This document shows, piece by piece, positions 1-9,573 of a stretch of DNA of 41,983 nt; within the stretch, counting starts at the first letter, position 1; each line of letters begins with the position of its first letter. Location: NCBI GenBank assembly GCA_963977445.1, contig CAXBPH010000022.1, positions 1-41,983 on the forward strand, given 5' to 3'. The notes below the pieces were generated by a model. The model made no database searches. It was not told where the DNA came from and saw nothing but the letters and a program-made list of their open reading frames with translations. The translations under genes were made by a program, and so were the position numbers. This DNA is from an uncultured bacterium. Lineage in GTDB: Bacteria > Hydrogenedentota > Hydrogenedentia > Hydrogenedentales > JAEUWI01.

Positions 1-517
1 TCTTCTCGTCACCCTGCGGATTTTTGGCGGTGTGGTAGACCAGAACGGCGGTCCAGGGTATGCCGATGGTCGTGCCCAGTACGAGTACAGCCGCGCCAAT
101 ATAGTGGAGGTCGGTCCAGCGGATAGCAGTGCCGAAGAAGGGCTCCCGGGCGTCGGGACAAAGGCCCACGAGGATAATGCCCACGACCCCCATGTAGAGG
201 AGGGCAATCGCCTTTTCCGGGGGCTTGGGTGAAGCGCTCCGGAGGTGGCGGGCAATGTAGCGGAGGAGGGGCAGGCTGAGTAATCCCCACCCGACCATGG
301 CGACGGTAAATAACCACCAGGCCGCTGGATTACGATCCGGGTTGAAGCTGCCGAGATAGCTGAAGGTGTGGGTGAGGATGGAGAATTTATTTTCTGCCGG
401 GAACTGTTGCCAGCAGAGGAAAATCGTGCCCCAGAAGAATAGTGCTTCCACGGCAACATACATGCGGAGTGATTGGGGAGTGAAATGGCCCTGAAAGAGG
501 CGGTGGAGGCGATTCAT
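1..517 (-). CDS. Polytopic membrane protein (DUF998-like), running off the window start
   Basis: Translated by hand and absent from the ORF track because there is no stop in the window. ATG at 517 follows an AGGA. Open frame MNRLHRLFQGHF...HTFSYLGSFNPDRNPAAWWLF...LHYIGAAVLVLG with about 4 hydrophobic segments. The family call is tentative. Confidence 0.75.
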   Translation of the reverse strand, partial: MNRLHRLFQGHFTPQSLRMYVAVEALFFWGTIFLCWQQFPAENKFSILTHTFSYLGSFNPDRNPAAWWLFTVAMVGWGLLSLPLLRYIARHLRSASPKPPEKAIALLYMGVVGIILVGLCPDAREPFFGTAIRWTDLHYIGAAVLVLGTTIGIPWTAVLVYHTAKNPQGDEK

Positions 518-646
518 GGGTATTCCTGATGGGTTGTTGGGTCGCGTCCTGGCGATTGTACCAAACCGGCGAAGGAAAGGGGACTTTCCAAGGGGGCAAC
601 GTTGCGCTCGGCCCGTCGATAATTCGTGCCACGTCATCGCCGCGCC

Positions 647-816
647 GTGCCACGCGATCCGACAACGTCGGTTCGTGTGTGTTGGCGCCGCTATACCTGG
701 GGCCGTCCGACACCACAAATAAGGGCGGCCAAAGACGATGCTCGAATTATCTGACCAAGCGGCACGCCCCAATCCATATCATGCACACGAACCGACGTTG
801 TCGGATCGCGTGGCAC
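647..816. repeat. Perfect 33-bp inverted repeat with 104-bp spacer (REP/MITE-like)
   Basis: 647-679 GTGCCACGCGATCCGACAACGTCGGTTCGTGTG is the exact reverse complement of 784-816. Confidence 0.9.
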
Positions 817-1195
817 AGGTCGCGGTCATCGATAGGTCGCGGTGTTTCTCTGAATTGACGAAGGGCCACGACGCAGGCGGAATTTTGGCCGATCTATTCC
901 TGCTGGGCATGGCCCTGCTGACCTTGACGATGATGGGCAGATCGCCGGGTGCACCGGGACGTCCTTAATACATCTCCGCCATGAATACGATGCAATAGCA
1001 CTTCCCATGGGGCCTATAGAGCGTGAAGTCTCTAAAGGCCCTATTGTTCTGTGGAAGAATCATCAGACATGTTTACGGACGGAGCCTTTCTTGTGGTGCC
1101 ACGCTACTCCGAAGGGTGTGGGCTGTATCCCGCTACAGCAAGTGGGGTAGGATTGGTCGGATCAGAACGGTTTGAAAATGAAGTGGGAGATGCCC

Positions 1196-2233
1196 ATGTT
1201 TGATCGCCGGGATTTTATCAAGACGACCGCCCTGCTGGGTGGAGCGTCCTTATTTACACAGGAGCGAGCTATGGCCGCGAAGTCGAGCGAAGGGTTTCGG
1301 GGATATCAGGCCGCCCGACGCAAACAATTATGGGCCTTGTTGGGCGTGTTGCCGAAACGATTTCGGCCCAAGGCGACGGTGACGAAGGTGGAACAGCATG
1401 ATGGCTTTCGCCTGGAGTATCTCGACCTCGGGCTCAATGGCATTCAATCGGTGCCCGCCTTGCTGCTGCTGCCCGACAAGCGGGAAGAGAAAGCCCCCGC
1501 CATGTTGTATAACCACTGGCACGGCGGCGACTATAACGTGGGAAAAATGGAGCTTCTCCAGGGTACCCGGGCCATGGCGGCCTATGCGCCGGTCTATGCG
1601 GAAAAAGGTATCGTCACGCTGGCCATTGATGCCTGGTGTTTCGGTGAGCGGGCCCCCTATCCCGATGCGGGCAAGCAGGGGGAAGAAGATACCTTCAAAG
1701 AAATGCTCTGGAATGGCCAGGTGCTCTGGGGGATGATGGTGCACGACACCTGGCAGGCCCTGAATTATCTCTGTTCGCGGCCCGAAGTCGATACATCACG
1801 TATCGGCACCTTTGGTATTTCCATGGGGTCGACCATGGCGTGGTGGATTGCCGCCCTGGACGAGCGCATCCGCTGCTGCGCCGATCTCTGCTGCCTGACG
1901 GACTATGCCGCCCTCATCGAGCAAAAGGGCCTCCATCGTCACGGCGTTTACTACTATGTGCCCTCCCTGCTGACGCAGTTTCAGACCGAGCAAATCAACG
2001 AACTTATCGTGCCCCGATCGCGATTGAGTCTGAATGGACGCAACGATGGCCTGACGCCCCCCGAAGGGGTAGAGCGCATCCGTGATTATTTGCTTTCGCT
2101 CTACGAGAAGCATGGAAAGGTCGAAAACTGCCATATTCAACTCTTTGACTGTGCGCACGAAGAGTTACCGGAAATGCGGGAACTTATTCTGGCCTGGTTG
2201 GATAAAGAATTAAGAGCGGACATTACCGTCTAG
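1196..2233 (+). CDS. Tat-exported alpha/beta hydrolase (dienelactone hydrolase/esterase-like)
   Basis: Twin-arginine signal DRRDFIK followed by AMA; nucleophile elbow GISMG; ND/DG acid region; C-terminal CAHEE His. Start moved to the ATG after GGGAG. Confidence 0.85.
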   Translation: MFDRRDFIKTTALLGGASLFTQERAMAAKSSEGFRGYQAARRKQLWALLGVLPKRFRPKATVTKVEQHDGFRLEYLDLGLNGIQSVPALLLLPDKREEKAPAMLYNHWHGGDYNVGKMELLQGTRAMAAYAPVYAEKGIVTLAIDAWCFGERAPYPDAGKQGEEDTFKEMLWNGQVLWGMMVHDTWQALNYLCSRPEVDTSRIGTFGISMGSTMAWWIAALDERIRCCADLCCLTDYAALIEQKGLHRHGVYYYVPSLLTQFQTEQINELIVPRSRLSLNGRNDGLTPPEGVERIRDYLLSLYEKHGKVENCHIQLFDCAHEELPEMRELILAWLDKELRADITV

Positions 2234-2466
2234 AGGCGTTCCGTACAATGCTGAAGCCCAGGCGAGGGAACGAAATCCTCTTTTCAGGGACTCGCACAAA
2301 TCGTTTTTGTCCCGACCGTGGGAGTTTGGCGCACCCAATGGGTTAGAATATGGCCTTCAGATAATTGGGTAAGGCCTCCACCGCGCCGTGGTGCGTTTTC
2401 TCGATCCAGAACGTTCGCTATCGGCCATCCACTCGCTTTTCCACCATCGGATACAGGTTCTATTTC

Positions 2467-5400
2467 ATGAAACGAGACCACAATCTCCTCTTCGGCGTCT
2501 TTGCCGTCCAGTTGCAGAAGGTCTCTCCGACGGAATTAATGGACGTGGCGGGAGCCTGGGCGACCGATCCCAGCCGTGATATTCCCACGCGCCTTGTGGA
2601 GTCCAGCGCGCTGACGAAGAAAGATCGACGTCTTCTGGAGCGGCTGGTGAAGGAAGCGGTGGCCGCTCACAATGGGGACAGTACGGCGGCCCTCCAATCT
2701 TTTGGTGGCGAAGAAAGTATCCAGAAGACGTTTCGCGGCACGGTCCATCTCACCGATTCCGGCACGGTGCAGCTCTCTGCCGCACCGGAAGTGACCATTC
2801 CGCTCAAAGAAGAAACGCCCGACGAGGTTCCCGGTGTCATTGAAAACGAGGGGCGCTATACCAATGCCAGTGAGCATGCCCGGGGGGGGATGGGTCGCAT
2901 TCTCATGGTGCACGATGAGTATCTGGGCCGTGAAATCGCGTTGAAAGAACTCCTGGCCCACATGGGGTCGCAGGAGGATAGCGAGCCGGGTTCGGCCCCC
3001 AGTCCCGTGCGCTTTTCCACCGCAGTTATTGCACGCTTTCTTCAGGAGGCGCGCATTACGGGGCAGTTGGAACACCCATCTATCGTGCCCGTGTATGAAC
3101 TGGGTCACCGAAAAGACGGTGCCCTGTACTACACTATGAAACTGGTCCGTGGTCGGAGCTTGTCCCGGGCAATTCGGGATGCCGACACGTTTCGTCATCG
3201 TCTGGAGCTCTTACCTCACTTTGTCGATTTATGCAATGCGATGGCCTACGCCCATAGTCGCCATGTGGTCCATCGCGACATCAAGCCCGCCAATGTGATG
3301 GTGGGTGAGTTCGGCGAAACCGTCGTGCTCGATTGGGGGCTCGCAAAGGCCCGCAAGGGACACGATGCGCACGCCGACGTGATGGAAAAATCGATCATGT
3401 CCATGAATCTGGGCGAAGAAGCAGATTCGGCCAAGACCAATTATGGCCAGCTAATCGGGACGCCGGCCTATATGCCCCCCGAGCAGGCCCTGGGCCACAC
3501 GGATAAGATCGATGAGCGGTCCGATATTTATAGTCTCGGCGTCGTGCTCTATGAGATATTGACCGGCCGCCTTCCCTTCAAAGCAAAGACCATCAAAGAT
3601 CTTATCAGCGATGTGATCTATGAAAGTCCGGTGCCCATCCGCGAAGTGGAGCCGGGCATACCCCTAGAGCTTGCCGCGATTTGCGAGCGCGCCATGCGGA
3701 AGAGCCCCTCAGAACGCTACCCCTCTGCCAAAGAACTGGCCGACGATGTGACGCGTTTTCAATCGGGCGCCCTGGTGGATGCCTACGTGTACTCGACGAC
3801 CGATCTCATGTCGCGCTTTTTGCAGCGTTATCGTTCGGTGCTTTTTGTGGCGGCGGGGGCTGTCATCCTGGTTGCGGTGGTTACGGGTGTCTACGTCTAT
3901 CAAATCACCCATGCCCACCGGGAAGCCCTGCAGCAACAGCGGATAGCGAGCGACGAGCGAGATAACGCCCGTAAGGCCGAGGCCGACGCGCTGGCGGCGG
4001 AAGCGGAGGCCCGACGGCAACGTCTGGCGGTGGAGCAGGAACGAAACGAGGCACAGAAGCAGCGGGAAATCGCCGAATCCCAATCCTACTATTCGAGTAT
4101 CCAATTGGCGGGCATCAAGATCCGGCAGAAGCAATATCCCCTGGCCCGGAAGATACTCTGGGGTGCGAGCGAGGCCCGGCGCAACTGGGAGTGGGGTTAT
4201 TTCATGGGCCAGTGTTATCAGGCCCTGATCACCCTGGACCAGCACGATGATCGCCTCCTCGGCGCCGAATTCAGCCCCGAAGGCACGCGGATTGTTACGA
4301 TTTCCGGCAACAATGCCTATGTGTGGAACGTGGCCAATGGCACCTTGGTACATACCCTTAAGGGCCATGGAGAACGGGTCTGGGATGTAGCCTTCAGTAC
4401 CGATGGAAGGCGTCTGCTTACGGTGTCCTGGGATCTCTCGGCGAAAGTCTGGGATCTGGAAGAGGGCACCCTCCTGGCCAGTCTGGAAGGGGAAGCTGAT
4501 TTGACCGGGGCAGAGTTCAGCCCCGACGGCACCCAGGTATTGACCGCCGTGGATAATGTCGCCCGTATCTGGGATGTGGAATCGGGTGAATTGATTCACA
4601 CCATTGAGGGTCATACCGATACAGTGGAAAACGCCTCCTTCAGCGCCGATGGCAAACGGATCATCACGGCATCCTGGGATCGCACCGCCAAGGTATGGGA
4701 TACGGAAACCGGGGCATTGCAGTTAACCTTGAGTGCCCACGACTACGGCGTGATGAACGGGGTTTTCAGTCCCGATGGTCAGCTCATCGTAACGGCCTCC
4801 AAAGACAACACGGCCAAAATATGGGATGCCAACGACGGCCAAATGCTCAGCACCCTGATTGGCCACTCCGATGAAGTGTGGAATGTGGCCTTCAGTCCCG
4901 ACGGCACCCGACTCGTGACCGTGAGTTGGGATAAATCGGCCAAGATCTGGGACATGCTCGACTACAGCCTCATTGCGACCCTGGATGGTCATGTCCTCTC
5001 TATCGAGAGTGCGGAATTCAGTCCCGATGGAAAAATGGTGGTGACGGCCTCTCGGGATCGTTCGTCCAAAGTCTGGGATGCTTCCAACGGGAGCCTGATT
5101 GCTTCGCTGGAGGGGCATGCGGGTGAAGTGTGGAGCGCGTCCTTCAGCCCCGACAGTGCCAGTGTGGTGACGGCCTCCGAAGACAAGACCGCGCGCATCT
5201 GGCGGGTGCCGGTGGTGCCCCAGAAGAGCCAGCAGGAAGACGATGTGGCGGGAACCGCCGAGGGCGTGACCAGCGCTTCCTTTTCCAATGACAGCAAACA
5301 GTTTGTAACCACCTCCCGGGATAAGACGGTGAAGGTCTGGGCCGTATCCGATGGTTCCCTGCGGGTTACGTTGGAAGGGCACACGGAAGACGTACACAAC

Positions 5401-6216
5401 GCGTCCTTCAGTCCCGATGGCCGTCGTATCGTAACGGCATCGGGTGACAACACCGCGAAGATCTGGAATGCAGAAAATGGAAAATTGATGGCTTCCCTGG
5501 AGGGTCACACCGATGACATCGAGAGTGCCAACTTCAGTCCCGACGGGAAGTTTGTCGTTACGGCGTCTCGCGATAAGACCGTCAAAGTATGGAAGGCCGA
5601 CGACGGCACCCTGGTCAATACGCTCACGGGCCATATTGATGCGGTGAACAGCACCACCTTCAGTCCCGACATGACCCAAATCGTTACGGCTTCGTGGGAT
5701 GGCACGGCCAAGTTGTGGCGCGTGGGTGATGGTGCCTTGCTCTACACCTTGGAAGGCCACACCGATGGGGTGACCAACGCTATCTTCAGTCCCGATGGAA
5801 CGCGGATTGCCACGGTGTCGAAAGACGAAACCGCCAAGGTATGGAATACACGAACCGGCGAATTGGTGGTAACCCTGGAAGGCCATGCGAGTGCCATTGT
5901 CACCGCCTCCTTCAACGATGACGGCAGTCGCGTCGTTACGGCTTCGGACGACAAGACGGCGAATGTCTGGAGTACGACGGATGGCTCGCTGATGGTTACG
6001 CTGGAAGACCCGGCGGGTGGCATTCTGAGTGCGTCATTCGCCCAGGACGGACAGAGTATTGTTACGGCCTCTTCCGACAAGACAACAAAATCCTGGGAGA
6101 GCGTTCCCTTTCGCGTTCTCGACCTTCCTGGCGAGTTTGACGCTCCCTGGGAAGCGCGCTTTATGTTGTGGAAGCAACATCGCTATCAGGATTGGCTGCT
6201 GAATCACAATTCGTGA
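2467..6216 (+). CDS. Membrane Ser/Thr protein kinase with coiled coil and 15 WD40 repeats
   Basis: Motifs RGGMG, ALKE, HRDIKPAN, DWG, GTPAYMPPE, SDIYSLG; TM segment VLFVAAGAVILVAVVTGVYVY; repeats of the form GH...FSPDG...TAS.D.TAK.W (15 counted). Start inferred at MKRDHNLLFG. Confidence 0.93.
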   Translation: MKRDHNLLFGVFAVQLQKVSPTELMDVAGAWATDPSRDIPTRLVESSALTKKDRRLLERLVKEAVAAHNGDSTAALQSFGGEESIQKTFRGTVHLTDSGTVQLSAAPEVTIPLKEETPDEVPGVIENEGRYTNASEHARGGMGRILMVHDEYLGREIALKELLAHMGSQEDSEPGSAPSPVRFSTAVIARFLQEARITGQLEHPSIVPVYELGHRKDGALYYTMKLVRGRSLSRAIRDADTFRHRLELLPHFVDLCNAMAYAHSRHVVHRDIKPANVMVGEFGETVVLDWGLAKARKGHDAHADVMEKSIMSMNLGEEADSAKTNYGQLIGTPAYMPPEQALGHTDKIDERSDIYSLGVVLYEILTGRLPFKAKTIKDLISDVIYESPVPIREVEPGIPLELAAICERAMRKSPSERYPSAKELADDVTRFQSGALVDAYVYSTTDLMSRFLQRYRSVLFVAAGAVILVAVVTGVYVYQITHAHREALQQQRIASDERDNARKAEADALAAEAEARRQRLAVEQERNEAQKQREIAESQSYYSSIQLAGIKIRQKQYPLARKILWGASEARRNWEWGYFMGQCYQALITLDQHDDRLLGAEFSPEGTRIVTISGNNAYVWNVANGTLVHTLKGHGERVWDVAFSTDGRRLLTVSWDLSAKVWDLEEGTLLASLEGEADLTGAEFSPDGTQVLTAVDNVARIWDVESGELIHTIEGHTDTVENASFSADGKRIITASWDRTAKVWDTETGALQLTLSAHDYGVMNGVFSPDGQLIVTASKDNTAKIWDANDGQMLSTLIGHSDEVWNVAFSPDGTRLVTVSWDKSAKIWDMLDYSLIATLDGHVLSIESAEFSPDGKMVVTASRDRSSKVWDASNGSLIASLEGHAGEVWSASFSPDSASVVTASEDKTARIWRVPVVPQKSQQEDDVAGTAEGVTSASFSNDSKQFVTTSRDKTVKVWAVSDGSLRVTLEGHTEDVHNASFSPDGRRIVTASGDNTAKIWNAENGKLMASLEGHTDDIESANFSPDGKFVVTASRDKTVKVWKADDGTLVNTLTGHIDAVNSTTFSPDMTQIVTASWDGTAKLWRVGDGALLYTLEGHTDGVTNAIFSPDGTRIATVSKDETAKVWNTRTGELVVTLEGHASAIVTASFNDDGSRVVTASDDKTANVWSTTDGSLMVTLEDPAGGILSASFAQDGQSIVTASSDKTTKSWESVPFRVLDLPGEFDAPWEARFMLWKQHRYQDWLLNHNS

Positions 6217-6337
6217 TACCCATTCTTCGGGTCGTCTTCTGCCTGCCCACGTGGCTTGTAGCCCTCTCAATTCATGCTGGTCGCCTTTACAATATTTGTG
6301 CTATTCTGGTGCTCTATCTGATCAGGAGGAATGAGTC

Positions 6338-6754
6338 ATGGTAGCAATACAGTGTCTATCTTGTGGGCAGTCAGTTTCGGTCGAGGTGGGTCTCGGCGAC
6401 AATCAGCCCTGTCCCAGCTGTGGTCAATCGGTCGGAAAACTACCCATTTCCAGTGGTGGTGTTTCCACTGCGCTGGACGATCTTTCTGCGGGAGAAAAGC
6501 CCGTCGTATTCGGCGCCTATAGCGAAGCGGCGGTCGCCTCCTGGGATGATCCCACGGAGCCCGCGGCCGACCAGCAGGTCGCTAATCTGATCGCCAATGA
6601 GGCACTTATCGACAACGCCATCATCAACGACATGCCGCCGGAAGTCCGCGCGAAGTATGAAGCACGTCAGCGGGAGGCACGGAAGAAAATACTGGGATTG
6701 GCCATTGCTGTGCTGGTGATTGTGGGCGGCGTTATTGCCGTCGTTTTTTCCTAG
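6338..6754 (+). CDS. Small protein with N-terminal zinc ribbon and C-terminal TM anchor
   Basis: CLSC...CPSC at the N-terminus, acidic linker, KKILGLAIAVLVIVGGVIAVVFS at the C-terminus; strong AGGAGG RBS. Confidence 0.8.
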   Translation: MVAIQCLSCGQSVSVEVGLGDNQPCPSCGQSVGKLPISSGGVSTALDDLSAGEKPVVFGAYSEAAVASWDDPTEPAADQQVANLIANEALIDNAIINDMPPEVRAKYEARQREARKKILGLAIAVLVIVGGVIAVVFS

Positions 6755-6992
6755 CATCGCCCTTCCGTGTACCTGTTCTGGTAACCCATTTTGTCTTGAT
6801 GATAAGGTCGTCAGGGTGTCCCCGCGTACTTCGTTCGGCATCTGTTTCCCCAACGCGGCTCGTGTGATTCCTCCAGGTTTTCGCTGTGAAAAGGGCCTTC
6901 CGCCGCCATCACGTGCTATAATTTCCGACCCGCGTCCAGAAATGGCGCGTTTTCCCATCCATTCACCCCAAATTATCCCGGAGTTCCTGGTA

Positions 6993-7496
6993 ATGTCTCT
7001 TGTTATTGATGAATCGTGGTATACCCGAAGCGAAGGTCTGCCGGAGCGCGTTTCCGCCGGTGGCGTCGTTGTGCGCATCGAACGGGGCAATGTATTTGCC
7101 GCGCTGGTCCATGAAAAGGGCTGTTCGGGCTATGTGCTGCCCAAGGGCGGTGTAGAAGAGGGCGAAACGCTGGAGGCGGCCGCCCTGCGCGAAATCGAGG
7201 AGGAAGCGGGTCTGACGGAGCTTACCCTTCTCGGTGACCTGGCCGTTTTGGATCGCCTGAGTGAGAAAAAAGACAAGTGGTCCATCAATCACTACTTTCT
7301 CTATGGAACGGTCCAATTGAGCGGAACAATCCTCGATACGGAGCACCACGATGAAATGATTTGGGCACCCTTGGATGCCCTGCCGGAAATGTTCTGGCCC
7401 GATGAAAAAAAGTTGCTGGAGCGCCAACGCAAGACAATTTACGACCGCATCATCGCCCACCAGAACCCCAAAAAGCGCAAGAAGGGTTTTGTGTAA
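6993..7496 (+). CDS. NUDIX hydrolase
   Basis: Nudix box GGVEEGETLEAAALREIEEEAGL; SAGGVV and LPKGG motifs; start inferred at MSLVIDESW after GGAG. Confidence 0.9.
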   Translation: MSLVIDESWYTRSEGLPERVSAGGVVVRIERGNVFAALVHEKGCSGYVLPKGGVEEGETLEAAALREIEEEAGLTELTLLGDLAVLDRLSEKKDKWSINHYFLYGTVQLSGTILDTEHHDEMIWAPLDALPEMFWPDEKKLLERQRKTIYDRIIAHQNPKKRKKGFV

Positions 7497-7499
7497 GCT

Positions 7500-7730
7500 C
7501 GGGGACTGCACCGACGTGGTCGTTGTCGAAATACACAGAAAACGTTTTGGCGAACAAGTTTATTTATTTGGGTGAGGTGTAATTGGATAGTCGGGGCCGT
7601 CCCCCTTGCAGCGGACTACCCTCGGGGGGACAGCCCCGACGGTCGTCTTCATTGTGGATTACCGCCATTTATTTTTTGCTACGGTAGTTATTTCGCTTCC
7701 GTGCGGTTGACTATGTCGGTGCAGTCCCCG
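7500..7730. repeat. Composite REP-like element (GGGGAC family) between convergent genes
   Basis: 16-bp perfect IR at 7500-7515 (CGGGGACTGCACCGAC) and 7715-7730; internal hairpin at 7590-7640 (GTCGGGGCCGTCCCCC/GGGGGACAGCCCCGAC). The same units recur at 41323-41338 and 41412-41428. Confidence 0.85.
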
Positions 7731-7741
7731 GCTCGTCCCGG

Positions 7742-9385
7742 TTACGGCTTCGCCAATGCGGCAATCTCGCTTTCATCCAACGCGGCGCCGTATATACGCA
7801 CATCTTTCATGCGACCGTTGAAATAGTCGTGCTGGCCAAAGCCTATCCGGAGGGGTGCGGTGTTGTTTATGTCCAGTCCGGCGCCCGTTTTTTCCCCTAC
7901 CTTTTTTCCGTTGAGGTAGAGGCTCATGGTTTCTTCGGTACGTTGGGCGACGAGGTGCACCCAGCCCGAGGGCATTTCGGTGTCGTGGCTGATGGCTTTA
8001 CCCGCTTCGTAACTCAGGATGTTCCCGGAGGGCAAAACGCCACAAAAGAGTTTGCCCTGGAAGACGGCCATGCTCCAGGCCCGGCGATATTTCACATCGG
8101 GCGTCATGTCGAGTCGGCCTGTATTGGTCCACGTGGTGCCGCCGTCGTATCGATAAACCTGGGCGAGGGGTAGCGTGCCGCCGTAAAGCTTGCCGTTGTA
8201 CACGGCCATGCCCATGCTTTCCTTCTCATCGCCGAGCTGACCCCGGTCCTGCCAGTCGCCGGGTTCTCCGAGCACAAATACCTTACCCGTAGGCCAGGAG
8301 GCGACGAAAAGTTCCCCTTCGTATTGCATAAAGCCATAGCATTGCGTCGTATTGGGGGGCGTGCCCATATCGGTCCAGCCGGGATCGTCAAAGCGATAGG
8401 CACCGCCATAATCCAAATCGAAGCCCGCGCCGAGGAGTTGGCCGTTATGGACGCCCAAGGCTTCCACCCGGCCACCGGGATTGCCCACATCGGTCCAGGT
8501 GGTGCCGCCGTCATAGCGGAAGAGTCCGGCGGGAGCATAGAGGGAGGAGCCGTAGAGCTTGCCCTTGAAAGAGACCAGCCCATAGACGGCTTCGCTTTCA
8601 CCGAGTTTTCCGCAGTCTTCCCACTGGTCTTTGCCCTTGAAACGATAGACCCGGCCGCCATGGGTCTCATTTTCCGAATCACCCAGCGAAGAACCACCGG
8701 AGCGGTAATGGGATGCGGCTGCGTAAAGTTCACCCTCGTGAACGGCCAGGGCGGAAATGGCATTGCTGGGAAAAGGGGCACCGCAATCTTCCCACTGGTC
8801 ATCGCCGAGATAGCGATAGAGATGGCCGGCTTCGTTCTTCCCCATTTCAAAGGTGCCCGTATAGAGGTCGCCCTTATAGACACACATGGCCATGGGATAA
8901 ATGGCATTGCCCGGTCGACCACAATCGACCCAGGGCAACGGTTCTGCGCCATCGTCAATGCCAAAGAAAAGGTTACGGTAGTTGGACTGGGCGCAAACCA
9001 CACCGTGGTAATTCATAAGGCCAAAATTGAGCCCCTTGCGCGTGGCGGGGTCGTACTTCGTGATGAGGTCGCCGAGGGTATCGTCCAGGTTGGCTTCGGT
9101 GTGTATCATCATGGAGATGGCAAAGTCGCTGGTGCCGGGATTCAGTTCCGCTACGTGAGGGATTTCGAGGTAATTGGCCACACCGTCAAAGAAGGCACCT
9201 TGGTCTGGGTCAAAAGAAACCCCGTGAACCACGGCGTCAAGCCCGTTGCCCGAGATGTCTTTCGCGTCATCTTCCAGTGGCCAATGGGCGATAAGGGCTT
9301 CTTGGGCGTCGCTTGTGAGGGTGAACAGGCAAAAGAGGGTTGCGGCAATCGCGCCATGTGCCCGCAGAAAGGTGGATAGTTTCAC
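7742..9385 (-). CDS. Exported LamG/concanavalin-like domain protein with inserted beta-propeller
   Basis: Signal peptide. LIAHWPLEDDAKDISGNG...FDG..YLEIP is the N-half of LamG; repeated Y.G...W.D.G blades follow; GWVHLV...LYLNG...LRIG...FNGRMKDVRIY..AL is the C-half. GGAG RBS before GTG. Confidence 0.85.
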   Translation of the reverse strand: MKLSTFLRAHGAIAATLFCLFTLTSDAQEALIAHWPLEDDAKDISGNGLDAVVHGVSFDPDQGAFFDGVANYLEIPHVAELNPGTSDFAISMMIHTEANLDDTLGDLITKYDPATRKGLNFGLMNYHGVVCAQSNYRNLFFGIDDGAEPLPWVDCGRPGNAIYPMAMCVYKGDLYTGTFEMGKNEAGHLYRYLGDDQWEDCGAPFPSNAISALAVHEGELYAAASHYRSGGSSLGDSENETHGGRVYRFKGKDQWEDCGKLGESEAVYGLVSFKGKLYGSSLYAPAGLFRYDGGTTWTDVGNPGGRVEALGVHNGQLLGAGFDLDYGGAYRFDDPGWTDMGTPPNTTQCYGFMQYEGELFVASWPTGKVFVLGEPGDWQDRGQLGDEKESMGMAVYNGKLYGGTLPLAQVYRYDGGTTWTNTGRLDMTPDVKYRRAWSMAVFQGKLFCGVLPSGNILSYEAGKAISHDTEMPSGWVHLVAQRTEETMSLYLNGKKVGEKTGAGLDINNTAPLRIGFGQHDYFNGRMKDVRIYGAALDESEIAALAKP

Positions 9386-9525
9386 GGAAAATCTCCAGTC
9401 TCGAAAATCGGTTGTGTATCTAATGGGATCATGACTGTAGCAGGTTGGAAAGAGGCATGTGAAATGGTGATAGATGACTGCGGAATTCGCGATTGTTTTG
9501 CGTTCACTGCGAGCGCATCATCCCG

Positions 9526-9555
9526 AAAAAAAAGCCCGGCTCCTGAGAGCCGGGC
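9526..9555 (-). terminator. Rho-independent terminator after the tannase-family gene
   Basis: Minus strand reads GCCCGGCTC-TCAG-GAGCCGGGC followed by T8, about 20 nt after the stop at 9574. Confidence 0.85.
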
Positions 9556-9573
9556 ACGGTGCGAGACGTTCAA

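Noticed and set aside
3331..3339. Kinase DWG instead of DFG
   Set aside because: A common variant in this type of bacterial kinase; the catalytic Lys, HRD and Asn are intact.
3709..5886. Long antisense ORFs (301 and 387 aa), and similar ones at 8324-9379, 9559-10608, 13516-14508, 18877-20019, 30010-31026 and 31316-32488
   Set aside because: Shadow frames of well-supported genes in GC-rich DNA, with no recognisable motifs.
4230..6100. Recurrent TTCAGTCCCGA(T/C)GG motifs at about 126-bp spacing, resembling a repeat array or CRISPR
   Set aside because: They encode FSPDG of in-frame WD40 repeats; there are no identical repeats with unique spacers and no cas genes.
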